Translations under genes and position numbers: made by a program
In this document: piece after piece, positions 17,758 through 26,564 of the stretch
Numbering within the stretch: the stretch's first letter is position 1
Layout of the letters: every line of letters starts with the position of its first letter
Notes under the pieces: generated by a model
Told to the model about the DNA's origin: nothing
What the model saw: the letters and a program-made list of their open reading frames with translations, nothing else
Database searches by the model: none
IMG/VR virus record: IMGVR_UViG_3300047548_000110
Location: 1 to 54,579 of that record
Origin: a virus
Lineage: Duplodnaviria > Caudoviricetes
DNA: 54,579 bases
Reading direction: 5' to 3' (one strand)

Positions 17758-19281
17758 TTACCCCCTACCTCTTTTTGAGGATTTAAGATATTCCAGTGGG
17801 CTTTTTGCATCAGGCGAGAACTTGCCTTGCGACAAAGCGCCGCCCTTTTGTTTACGCACTGCTTGGCGCATTTGCTCTAACTTGTTTGCCCCTGCTTTGC
17901 TCGAACCATTACCAAGAAGCGCAACGGTTTCAGCGTCGATCACAAATTCGCCATCAGAAAGAACAGCAGGAATATCATCAGACCTGCCATCAAAGTTGCC
18001 TTGAGTTGCAAGTGCGCTCAAGCCACCCTTTGCGAATTTACGCATTGTTCTCGGGATCTGGCCATAGGTGTAGTAGCCATACTCATCACGCGCTGGCTGA
18101 ACATTCCCGCCTTCCGCATATCTGATTGGCTCGTACACCGTTGGGCTAAAGAAGTCATGCTCTCCGCCTTGAGTGCCGTAACTGTAAATGTCGCCTTGGT
18201 ATCCAAGTTGATTGCGATTCATGCGATAGAGATCAAGCGGCTCATAAAAATCAGGGCTTCCAATTTGACCTTGGCTGCCGCTGCCAGATGGTTGGTCATC
18301 AGGTTTGTCTTGACTAAGCAAGGAGGCAGCGCCCAAGGCTAATGGGATGGAATACTGCGGATTAGAAACAGCCCAACTAACTGCGTCTTTCCCATACCCA
18401 AGAGCTTTGTCCAACATACTTTGTGGCTTGACCACATCGTCTAGCATTTCAATTTGTGGGCCGAATTGATTTATAGTCGTTTGGCTGGGGGTTAATCCAA
18501 CGGGCGGCACAGGATTGGTGGCTGGATTAAGAAGATCGTACCCAACTGGCGGCTTTAACCCACTACCCGGCATTTGGCTACCAGCAACCCCGGCTGCTTC
18601 ATCAAGAAAATCTACCGCAGTATTTGCCCCCAAATTAGACCCAGTGTAAACACCAGCGCCGGGAGATGGAGTTGTGGGTGGTGTTGTTGTCGATGCGGGC
18701 GGCGCAGTTACCGATGTTGGTGCAAACGGATTGTTTGGTGGCAACGGCCCATTACGCAAAATATCATCAGAAATATCAAGGGCGCTTTTCCCCAAATTTT
18801 GCCCTAGTTCATCGCCATAATTTGCGCCAAAAGAAGCAACATCACTTAATGGGGAAATGGGCTGTTTTGCAACAGAGCCAAGAATTTCATCGGCAGATTG
18901 CAAGCCAACATCACCAAGCTTATCAGCGGTGCTTGAAATGCCTTTTTGTAGTGCGGAAGCCTCTGATGTTGGCTGACTTCCACCAGTGCCAGATAGCGAA
19001 GCTGCCCCCCAAGTAGTGAGACCAGCGATTGCGCCGCCTTTAATGGCCTCATCAAAATCCTCGCCTTGGAGCAAGCCAGCAGCGGTATTCGCCGCACCAG
19101 CGGCCACTCCCATACCAGCCGCACCATAACCAAGTCCAGTAATACCAAATGCACCCGGGCCAGCAAATGTTGCTGCCGCCATAGTTGCAACAAATGTCAG
19201 CGGATCATCCAGTATTGGCTGAACGATGTATGTGTCTACAGCATCAACAACGCTCTCAATAGCTTCAACGACTATGCTCAT
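17758..19281 (-). CDS. internal virion/ejection protein with hydrophobic Gly/Ala N-terminus
   Basis: N-terminal membrane-like GA-rich segment; YAEGG and FAKGG; C-terminal GRSDDIPAVLSDGEFVIDAETV domain. Confidence 0.65.
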   Translation of the reverse strand: MSIVVEAIESVVDAVDTYIVQPILDDPLTFVATMAAATFAGPGAFGITGLGYGAAGMGVAAGAANTAAGLLQGEDFDEAIKGGAIAGLTTWGAASLSGTGGSQPTSEASALQKGISSTADKLGDVGLQSADEILGSVAKQPISPLSDVASFGANYGDELGQNLGKSALDISDDILRNGPLPPNNPFAPTSVTAPPASTTTPPTTPSPGAGVYTGSNLGANTAVDFLDEAAGVAGSQMPGSGLKPPVGYDLLNPATNPVPPVGLTPSQTTINQFGPQIEMLDDVVKPQSMLDKALGYGKDAVSWAVSNPQYSIPLALGAASLLSQDKPDDQPSGSGSQGQIGSPDFYEPLDLYRMNRNQLGYQGDIYSYGTQGGEHDFFSPTVYEPIRYAEGGNVQPARDEYGYYTYGQIPRTMRKFAKGGLSALATQGNFDGRSDDIPAVLSDGEFVIDAETVALLGNGSSKAGANKLEQMRQAVRKQKGGALSQGKFSPDAKSPLEYLKSSKRGRG

Positions 19282-19282
19282 G

Positions 19283-19963
19283 TTACACCTCGCCTTCCAT
19301 CGGGGATGGCTTTCTCAAGCCCTGTAATGCGCCAGTCATTTGCGGCGCTCTTTGTGGCATTGGCGGCTGCGCTGCCATATCCAAATCTTCACCAATGTCA
19401 GATTCTGCTTCACCAAGATCGCCAGACTGCATGGCTGCCATAGCCTTTTGTGCCGTTGCGTCACGAATTGCAGACATGGTTCTGTCCATATTTTCTCTGC
19501 CAATTGGTTTGGCAAGCTCAATTTGGTTTGGATCACCAACCATCAGATTCACAACGTATTGACCATCAGCGCCGGTCTTCACATCAAAACCCATGCCGGG
19601 GTTTGGTGGGCTGCGCTGGATGATCTTAAAAATATTGAGCAGGTTCTGGTCGCGGAACTTCGTTACCAGCAGATAATAGCCAGCCTTATATGCATCGATC
19701 ACAAACTGGTAGCTAGACTGCAAAAAGTTTTGTGCAGTATCAGCATTCAATGCGCGGAAAGACCCGACACCGGGCTTCTCAAGGTCGCCATGAATAATGA
19801 AAATCGTGTTACCGTAACGAAGAAACTTTGAGTTAGGCATCTGCGCTTCACGGGCAAAGGCTGCGTATACCATCTCCACTGGGTATTCGCTCTGCGTATT
19901 CTCAGCAGCAGCTTGCAGGAGTTCATTCACCTGCAACATCTGTTGTTTGCTATCAACGATCAT
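19283..19963 (-). CDS. hypothetical protein, possible GNAT-like acyltransferase N-domain
   Basis: 226 aa with alternating beta/alpha pattern (YGNTIFIIH...FRALNAD...GYYLLVTKF); lies between the ketosynthase and the ejection proteins; fold call is inference. Confidence 0.4.
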   Translation of the reverse strand: MIVDSKQQMLQVNELLQAAAENTQSEYPVEMVYAAFAREAQMPNSKFLRYGNTIFIIHGDLEKPGVGSFRALNADTAQNFLQSSYQFVIDAYKAGYYLLVTKFRDQNLLNIFKIIQRSPPNPGMGFDVKTGADGQYVVNLMVGDPNQIELAKPIGRENMDRTMSAIRDATAQKAMAAMQSGDLGEAESDIGEDLDMAAQPPMPQRAPQMTGALQGLRKPSPMEGEV

Positions 19964-19965
19964 AA

Positions 19966-21078
19966 TTAGACCCTCATGTCAAAAAGTGCGGCTGAGTAAA
20001 CATTCCCCATGCCAGCAGCAAGACTCAGGCACAATCCATCGGGAAAATCAGTCGGTTGAGATAAAAAACGCTCGTCATGCGTAGTTCGGTTGGTTATGCT
20101 GGGTATTTGATCAGCTTTATAAGCTTCGACCATAAGGGCTGTCTCAAGCAGGCCACTTGCACCCATCGTATGACCGATTTTTTGTTTGAATGACGTAGCA
20201 ACGAAATCAGTAAACCGCGATAGTATCGCTGTCGCTTCAGACGCATTATTCGACTTCGTCCCCGTACCGTGTGTCTTGATAACCGCGACTTCATCAGCCT
20301 TCACCCCAGAAAAATGCAAAACGCCATCGATCGCTCGGACATATCCCTGACCATCCTCACGCTGACCAATGGCGTTGTTGATCTCTTCGCTTGCAGTCCA
20401 AGCGCCGACAAGCTCAGCAGTCGGAGTTCTAACTAGATGATCCTCTGACTCGAAGACAGCCAGAGCAGCGCCCTGACCGACGTAGAACCCATAATTCACA
20501 TCATCAAACGCGCTTGGCACAACGCCGTTCTTTTGCTTTTGATCTTCAGTGAGACAGGCTCCAGACTCACCAAAGAAATCGAGGACAGAATGGCTCACCG
20601 CGTCCTCAACAGTGAGGACAACGACACGGGCATACCCGTAGACCTTAATCAGTGTCTGAACATCCATCATTACCTTCAGGCTCGACACGCAAGCCGTTGC
20701 GTCCGTCGCTATGTAGTCGTTTGCGCCACAGGCTTGGGCGACTCGACCGGCATACACTTGCGTCAGACTCAGCGGCAAAAACTTGTACTGGTACGTCAGT
20801 CTCGACTCCTTCGCCATTCGTGGGTTGATCCCAGCGAAGTGCGCGTTGCCCGAGGCTAAAATAAAGGCGGTCTTCCCCGCCTTGGTTTGCTTCAACGAAT
20901 CCATCAGAGGCTTGTCCAGCACCTTGTCTGCAAGCTTGTGAGGTGGGTATATCAACCCTGTCTTCACATTCTTGTAGGTGTCTGGGAACCAATGTACCTC
21001 CTGCGGATAAAGCACATCATCAAACAGTTCTGTAGCCTCTGTTGATGCGGTTCTGTAATCTGTAAGGAATATTTTCAT
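19966..21078 (-). CDS. beta-ketoacyl-ACP synthase (FabF/FabB-like)
   Basis: TAC130-SS, GFYVGQGA, H270-GTGT, K298-QKIG-H303-TMGASG; intact Cys-His-His triad. Confidence 0.9.
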   Translation of the reverse strand: MKIFLTDYRTASTEATELFDDVLYPQEVHWFPDTYKNVKTGLIYPPHKLADKVLDKPLMDSLKQTKAGKTAFILASGNAHFAGINPRMAKESRLTYQYKFLPLSLTQVYAGRVAQACGANDYIATDATACVSSLKVMMDVQTLIKVYGYARVVVLTVEDAVSHSVLDFFGESGACLTEDQKQKNGVVPSAFDDVNYGFYVGQGAALAVFESEDHLVRTPTAELVGAWTASEEINNAIGQREDGQGYVRAIDGVLHFSGVKADEVAVIKTHGTGTKSNNASEATAILSRFTDFVATSFKQKIGHTMGASGLLETALMVEAYKADQIPSITNRTTHDERFLSQPTDFPDGLCLSLAAGMGNVYSAALFDMRV

Positions 21079-21365
21079 TGAATATCCTTCAGAGCCTCAT
21101 CAGCAGATGCTGGCATCTTCTTTTGATGTAACATCAAAAAGTCATACAACTCTTGGACAGTTTTTGGCTGCAAGGTCTTGCCGGTTTCCTCGTCGATGGC
21201 AAACGCATCGCACATATAAATTCCGGTAAGCAACATATCCAAACTATCGAGGCCACAATTTGCGAAGTCATCAGACATCGAAGTTGCGTCCACATAATCA
21301 TCATTAAACGGCTTTGCAATCTTAGCTACTGCGTTCAGCAGCTTCAGGAACTCTTGTTCGTTCAT
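21075..21365 (-). CDS. acyl carrier protein
   Basis: 96 aa, acidic; GLDS41LD phosphopantetheine site, F.I...KTVQELYDF helix pattern; ATGA-coupled to the ketosynthase. Confidence 0.85.
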   Translation of the reverse strand: MNEQEFLKLLNAVAKIAKPFNDDYVDATSMSDDFANCGLDSLDMLLTGIYMCDAFAIDEETGKTLQPKTVQELYDFLMLHQKKMPASADEALKDIQ

Positions 21366-21589
21366 GCCATCACCTGTGCAAATCGACTAGCCCATTCACG
21401 CCAGTCTGAGAATTGAAGTGGGCTTGGAGGATTTTTCTGGCTTATGCCCGAGATAACGCAAAAAGCGACAGCCCACTCCTGCCACTTATTCTCGTCCATC
21501 AGCCTTGGGATTGGGCCGTATTCATCAAGGTCGAGTACGATCTGATCTGCCCAGTCTTGCAAGCCGATTATAACGGGTAAAGTTATCAA
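21362..21589 (-). CDS. small Trp-rich virion-module protein
   Basis: 75 aa, WQEWA...PPSPLQFSDWREWA; overlaps both neighbours. Confidence 0.65.
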   Translation of the reverse strand: MITLPVIIGLQDWADQIVLDLDEYGPIPRLMDENKWQEWAVAFCVISGISQKNPPSPLQFSDWREWASRFAQVMA

Positions 21590-23217
21590 TTTGTCGCCCC
21601 AAGGACGGTTCCATCGGCCTCTTCAATATGGGCAATAACCTGCCCCATCTGATAGTCGCCATTGATCACGTTGGACTCAAACCGGAACCGCATCTCCCGC
21701 CGGATCTCCTTGAAGAAGATTACCTGTTCGAACGGGGTCATCGGGTTCGGTACGATGACCTTTTGCTCGCCGGGGATCTCTTTTGACCTAGCGTTTGCCC
21801 GCCCGGTGATCTGGACGGTCATGTTGCCGGACTGCACGAAATCCGGCTCCAAAAGCTCGCAGCGCAGGGACTTGTTCTTGCCCTGCATGACCAGATCGCT
21901 GATGTCGGCGGTCTCAAAGTAGCTCTGGATGGCGTTCTCAATGCTGATGTCCACCTCGTTGACCCCAACCTCGTGCTGCCAGAACTTGTAGTTGTCGCTT
22001 GAGTAGGTGATCCGGATGTCGCCTGTCTGGGTTGTCCGGGTATCGCCCGCCTCTGTGATCCGAATGTCTGGCGGCGGCTTGTTTGCGTTGAATCGCACCC
22101 CTGTCAGCAGCGGAGTGGCGAACTGGGTCGCAAATTCACCGGCAGAGCGGCCATCGTTGGGCAGTTGAGTGTCGTACCATGTCTGCTCTCGGATGTTGAA
22201 AATGATGGCGTGGGTGCATTCTGTGGCGGATCCTCTCGGGTAGCACCACCAAATTTCGCCAAAACGAGGCACTTTGAAGGCAAAAACCTTCTGAGAAGCC
22301 GCCCGGTTCAGACCATCAAAGAAATAGTTGATGTTCAGGTCGTTCGGGATGTCCCTGACCACGCCATTGAACATCAGAAAGCGGTCTACGCCGCACCAGA
22401 GGTAGATACCGTCGTACTCAATCACCGAATTCGGGGACAAAATCGAGCTTTGGGACGAAATGGTATCGAACTGGAAGGTCTGAGCGCCACCAACGAATGA
22501 AGCCCGCACCACCGCGTCGGTAGACCAATACAGGCCTGCTGGGGCGTTGCCGGGGCCACCCCGAAGCGGAAGTCCTCGGACGATCTTTTGCGCGGCTACG
22601 CGGGCGTTCCCGGAGCCGGGGCCAGTCAAATTGGTGGGGTCGCCGGGGGCAGACCAGCCAATCGAGCCATCAGTGCCAAAAACCGTCAGATACGGGTGCA
22701 GGACGCAGACCCCGCCGCTGGCAGACACGCCAGACGGAACTGGGACTTCAACCAGACGGTCGGTTGCCCGCAGGTCACCAACAAAAAGCTGCCCGCCGAG
22801 GGAGTTGTACAGGGAATCTAGGTTCTGGGCGACTTGCGCGATTATCTTGTTCGACGGAACCAGATTGATCGAGTCATACAGAACGTCGAATTGCCATGCG
22901 TTGCTGGCATCGTAATTCAGGGTCACAGGCGTTCTGTCCGTAACCGCACTTGCGTTGCCGTTCTGGTCAAGGGTGAATCGCTCAAGGTTCTCTGAGCTAC
23001 CAGAGTGAATGAAGGTGAAACCGTTTTCGGTGTACGTCTTCATCCCACGGCTGATCTGGTTCAGGTAATTGCTGACAGCCTTGTATCCGCCAATCTTACG
23101 AGGAAGACCGCGCTGGAAACGAACCCATTGTCCGTCAACGTAAAAATCTCCCTCGAATTTTGTCCCGTCCCGCTTGATCCCGGGCTTGGAAGCAATAATG
23201 ACTGGCGTTGCGGCCAT
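21586..23217 (-). CDS. tail tubular/nozzle protein (P22 gp10-like)
   Basis: 543 aa beta-rich; PGIKRDGT, WVRFQRGLPRKIGG, FGEIWWCYP. Confidence 0.7.
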   Translation of the reverse strand: MAATPVIIASKPGIKRDGTKFEGDFYVDGQWVRFQRGLPRKIGGYKAVSNYLNQISRGMKTYTENGFTFIHSGSSENLERFTLDQNGNASAVTDRTPVTLNYDASNAWQFDVLYDSINLVPSNKIIAQVAQNLDSLYNSLGGQLFVGDLRATDRLVEVPVPSGVSASGGVCVLHPYLTVFGTDGSIGWSAPGDPTNLTGPGSGNARVAAQKIVRGLPLRGGPGNAPAGLYWSTDAVVRASFVGGAQTFQFDTISSQSSILSPNSVIEYDGIYLWCGVDRFLMFNGVVRDIPNDLNINYFFDGLNRAASQKVFAFKVPRFGEIWWCYPRGSATECTHAIIFNIREQTWYDTQLPNDGRSAGEFATQFATPLLTGVRFNANKPPPDIRITEAGDTRTTQTGDIRITYSSDNYKFWQHEVGVNEVDISIENAIQSYFETADISDLVMQGKNKSLRCELLEPDFVQSGNMTVQITGRANARSKEIPGEQKVIVPNPMTPFEQVIFFKEIRREMRFRFESNVINGDYQMGQVIAHIEEADGTVLGATN

Positions 23218-24344
23218 TAGAACGTACCTCCGTCAACTGGATCCAGCCCAAGGTTTACCCTTGCCGTAGCCGCGTCAATTGCGCCAGTACCACCCAAGCT
23301 AACAGGGAGAGGTAAGCTAATGCCGCCAGTCTCAGCAGAGACAACTTGGTTGCCGTTGCAATACAAAATAGTCGATGCTGTCTGTGTGACGGTAACACCC
23401 GGTGTTGTGGCGGTCTTGATCGTCAGGGTATACGCGCCAGTGGTCGAGTTTTTCACCCAGTATTGCTGAACAGTGTTCGGGACAATCACAGTCCTGTTAC
23501 CCGTCAGGACACCCGTGAACTCATACGAAACCCGGTTCAACTCAGCGCCAGTCAGCGTGTAGGCTCCAGCACCAGCGACGTTGATCGTGGTGTAATCAAA
23601 CGCGAATATGGCTGGCTGGCCAAGGCCGAGAGAGTAATAATTTATCCCGTCAGTCAATACGATGCAGGACTCAAGTGGCTGCAAGTAAATGTTTGACCCG
23701 GTATCAATCTTGTTAGCGCCGACAGTTTGAATGGTGACGATGCCGCTGCCAGCGTTCTTGAACTGCACAAACCAGTTATTGCCAGCAAGGGATGCGAGCG
23801 GAAGCGTGAATGTTCCAACACCGCCAGTCCAAAGGAACGTATACGCGCGATCAGGTACGGTCAGCGTGTAATTTGACACATAATCCAGAACCGGCATGGA
23901 CTGCGAAAGCAGAGATCCAAGTGCAATAATCCCAGTACCGGCAAGAGCGGACGCATTTACAGACGAAATTGACGCGCCATACTGGAAAGTTCTCCAAGTT
24001 CCCGCTGGCGTTGTATTGTCGGTCAGGTATATCTGCCAAGTCGTGCCGGGCGCGACGTTTGCGACTTGAACGCCAGCATAATCTTTGACGATGAAAGAAT
24101 TAGCGCCCGGGTTGTTGAAGAGAATTGTTTGTCCGGGAGACACCTCATTAGCAGGCGGCAACTTTATTGCGTAGCCAGCAGAGTTGCTGGTTACATCCAT
24201 GATCGTCGCAATCAAGTCTACATTCGACGATGTCTCTACGGGCCAGTAATACTGCGTAGAAGCAACAGACAGCGTCACCGCAGCGTATGAAACGCTTGAT
24301 GGTGCGATATTGTCGCCGCCAAAAATATTGGTAAAAACAGTCAT
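23217..24344 (-). CDS. tail/virion structural protein
   Basis: 375 aa beta-rich repeats; C-terminal GGTGAxDAATARVNLGL fibre-like motif. Confidence 0.65.
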   Translation of the reverse strand: MTVFTNIFGGDNIAPSSVSYAAVTLSVASTQYYWPVETSSNVDLIATIMDVTSNSAGYAIKLPPANEVSPGQTILFNNPGANSFIVKDYAGVQVANVAPGTTWQIYLTDNTTPAGTWRTFQYGASISSVNASALAGTGIIALGSLLSQSMPVLDYVSNYTLTVPDRAYTFLWTGGVGTFTLPLASLAGNNWFVQFKNAGSGIVTIQTVGANKIDTGSNIYLQPLESCIVLTDGINYYSLGLGQPAIFAFDYTTINVAGAGAYTLTGAELNRVSYEFTGVLTGNRTVIVPNTVQQYWVKNSTTGAYTLTIKTATTPGVTVTQTASTILYCNGNQVVSAETGGISLPLPVSLGGTGAIDAATARVNLGLDPVDGGTF

Positions 24345-24346
24345 GA

Positions 24347-25000
24347 TTACGCCTCTTGTCTCGTAGTAGACCTGTCAAGAATCTTCTTCATATCTTCCTG
24401 ATTCAGTGAGTTGACAGCCATCTCATAAAATCCTTGCCACACAGGGATACGCTCGTCATTCTTCAAGAACGGCGTAGCCTCAAGCAACGTGCCATACAAA
24501 AGCGCATTCGGCGCATAATTTGTCAGCCAGTTCTGCTGTTGCTCATCATCCAGAAGTGGAGGGAGTTCGTAATACACGATCTCAACCGGGTAATCCTGAT
24601 CTGGAGTCTCGGCAAATAACCAGTGCTGGTAGTCATAGTCAGCATAGAAGGTAGGCTCGCCAAGCTGAGTCTGGTCAGGCCAGTACGTCCTGCAATACTC
24701 GTAACTGCGGGTGAACAGCGTCTTGCGCGTATTGTTCAAGGCTCCAGCGCCAATATTGATGGAGATCGTTTCACGCCATCTGTCGGGTTTAGCCATCACA
24801 CAAACGCCAGTCTGCATGGTAGTCACCACTACGGTTTGGAAGCCCTGAATCTTCAGGTCTCTGGCAATCCGGCGCTCAGCCAGATTGATCAACCTTGGGA
24901 TCTGCTCGTAGACAATCGGGTCTGTGGCGGCAGAAGCCCCACGCTCCAGATAGTTCCGAACGTCACCCTTGAGGTTGTTAAATGTCATTGCCTGCGGCAT
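24347..25000 (-). CDS. head-tail adaptor protein
   Basis: IPRLINLAERRIAR...TPDQDY...NWLTNYAPNALLYGTLLEATPFLKNDER. Confidence 0.7.
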   Translation of the reverse strand: MPQAMTFNNLKGDVRNYLERGASAATDPIVYEQIPRLINLAERRIARDLKIQGFQTVVVTTMQTGVCVMAKPDRWRETISINIGAGALNNTRKTLFTRSYEYCRTYWPDQTQLGEPTFYADYDYQHWLFAETPDQDYPVEIVYYELPPLLDDEQQQNWLTNYAPNALLYGTLLEATPFLKNDERIPVWQGFYEMAVNSLNQEDMKKILDRSTTRQEA

Positions 25001-25012
25001 AGCTGTTCCCTG

Positions 25013-25525
25013 TTAAGTCAGCATGGTTTCTGCGTGGGTTTTGGCCTCCGCAACCCGGCGCAGCCAACCCCTACCAAAGGTTCCAAACGTCGGCAGACTG
25101 CGGTAAAACGCCTCTTTTTCTTCACTGAATTTTGCCACCAATTCCGACTGATTTGCTTCTTTTAATGCCTGCATGGTCTTGGGGCCGATTACGCCATCCG
25201 GGGTAGCCCCAATAGCCTTTTGCATAGTCCTGATAGCACGACGGGGGCCAGCGTTGACCGCAAAGTCAAACATTAGATAATCAAGTCCATCAGGCAGTTC
25301 GTCGGCCCTGACAGCGTCCCAATACTTCTTGCGGTACATCGGGGCAACGGTCTCCGGGGTCAGCGCCCGCATTGCCTTTTCGTCCACTGCGCGGCCTACC
25401 CACTCCTCCCAGACCTTCTTGGTCACGCCAAGGTTGGTCATGCCGCCGGGATCGAGTTTGTGGTTTACGAAGCCACCCTCGTGCTTCAGGATCGCTTTAA
25501 GGGCTTCGTCGAAGTTCTCTCTCAT
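25013..25525 (-). CDS. endolysin, glycoside hydrolase family 108 with peptidoglycan-binding segment
   Basis: HEGGFVNHKLDPGGMTNLGVT, FDFAVNAG, DGVIGPKT, GRGWLRRV. Confidence 0.92.
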   Translation of the reverse strand: MRENFDEALKAILKHEGGFVNHKLDPGGMTNLGVTKKVWEEWVGRAVDEKAMRALTPETVAPMYRKKYWDAVRADELPDGLDYLMFDFAVNAGPRRAIRTMQKAIGATPDGVIGPKTMQALKEANQSELVAKFSEEKEAFYRSLPTFGTFGRGWLRRVAEAKTHAETMLT

Positions 25526-25997
25526 TTCTCAATATCTCCTGACAAGCAGTTAATTGGTGAGTGACTTCGTCTGCGTCGGCTGCGATGGCAATAAGAGCTT
25601 CCGCAGCCTCTCCTGAAAGTCGGGCTTTCGTGGCTCCATGACCGCCGCCGGGACTGGCGGTAGGGCTGGACACGGCGTTGCTATTGTCTGGACATGAGGC
25701 GTTGATGAACAGCCCGTCAGTGCGAGCAATATCAGCAAGCTGCTGCTTCTCAACTTCAACAGTCCTAATTTTCTCAACATAAACTTTCTCCACTCGGTTT
25801 TGCGCGTTAGCCAGTAAATGCTCAAGCTCACGCACCTCTTTGTTGGCCTTGTCCAAAACCTTGCCAGCTTCGATAGCGGCTGCTGACTTCTCAGCCTCCC
25901 ATTCGGCCTTAGTGACTTGCACCCCAGTATGGTGTCCATAGAAATAAGACCCGATGACGAGCGCAAATGCACCGACAATCACCCAAGGATTAGGCAT
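25497..25997 (-). CDS. Rz: i-spanin (Rz-like)
   Basis: N-terminal TM, coiled coil, ARLSGE..., LTACQ near the C-terminus. Confidence 0.8.
   Translation of the reverse strand: MPNPWVIVGAFALVIGSYFYGHHTGVQVTKAEWEAEKSAAAIEAGKVLDKANKEVRELEHLLANAQNRVEKVYVEKIRTVEVEKQQLADIARTDGLFINASCPDNSNAVSSPTASPGGGHGATKARLSGEAAEALIAIAADADEVTHQLTACQEILRNERELRRSP
25550..25780 (-). CDS. Rz1: o-spanin lipoprotein (Rz1-like), embedded in Rz
   Basis: Alternative frame; signal MLRKLG...LLILLALTGC lipobox, Pro-rich CPALPPVPAAVM. Confidence 0.8.
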   Translation of the reverse strand: MLRKLGLLKLRSSSLLILLALTGCSSTPHVQTIATPCPALPPVPAAVMEPRKPDFQERLRKLLLPSQPTQTKSLTN

Positions 25998-26274
25998 CTT
26001 CTTTCCCCGACTTAATGAATTCAATTTTCTCTTGGCCTCTCGTCCAAGCTGAGATGCCAAGGATCGCCATGAACGCAATATGTATAAAGCCGCCTGACTG
26101 CAAGGTCATCGCCTGCCATTGGCGAAAGACATCGTTAGTCGCCCTAATCTCCAAGAACTGCATAAGCGACCACAATACGGGGAACAAAACGAAATCGCAT
26201 AAGCAAATCACCATGTAAGTGACCGCCATCATTGGTCGCCACTTGGTTGTCATCCAGTCAGTTGCTTCGCTCAT
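25990..26274 (-). CDS. putative holin (3TM-holin-like)
   Basis: KWRPMMAVTY...FHIAFM-like segment...RGQEK; TM segments; adjacent to spanin and endolysin. Confidence 0.7.
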   Translation of the reverse strand: MSEATDWMTTKWRPMMAVTYMVICLCDFVLFPVLWSLMQFLEIRATNDVFRQWQAMTLQSGGFIHIAFMAILGISAWTRGQEKIEFIKSGKEDA

Positions 26275-26342
26275 TCTTACCCCCGCGCTCAACGAATAAT
26301 TTTTGTCCGCAACCTTTGCCAATTTTACAGAACGGACAAAAT

Positions 26343-26564
26343 TTACTTGTCTGCCTTGTTGTCTAGTTTGTCGAATATCTGCTTCAGCATACCCTTGACC
26401 TCATCAATGTCGCGACGATAGTCATCCTTCTGCACATACACATGAGGAAGATCAGCCATCTTGTCCTCAAGGCGTGTGATTGATTTGGTGAGATTATTCA
26501 ATATCCATCCACCGAAAAATCCGGCGCAAGTAAATCCAATATTGATTAAGAATTGCGGATCCAT
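26343..26564 (-). CDS. small TM plus coiled-coil protein (lysis-region)
   Basis: MDPQFLINIGFTCAGFFGGWIL...YVQKDDYRRD...IFDKLDNKADK. Confidence 0.65.
   Translation of the reverse strand: MDPQFLINIGFTCAGFFGGWILNNLTKSITRLEDKMADLPHVYVQKDDYRRDIDEVKGMLKQIFDKLDNKADK

Noticed and set aside
19966-21365. Host contamination or chimeric assembly of fab genes
   Set aside because: Both genes overlap or abut flanking phage genes on the same strand, with no other host genes or junction signs; read mapping would still be the formal check
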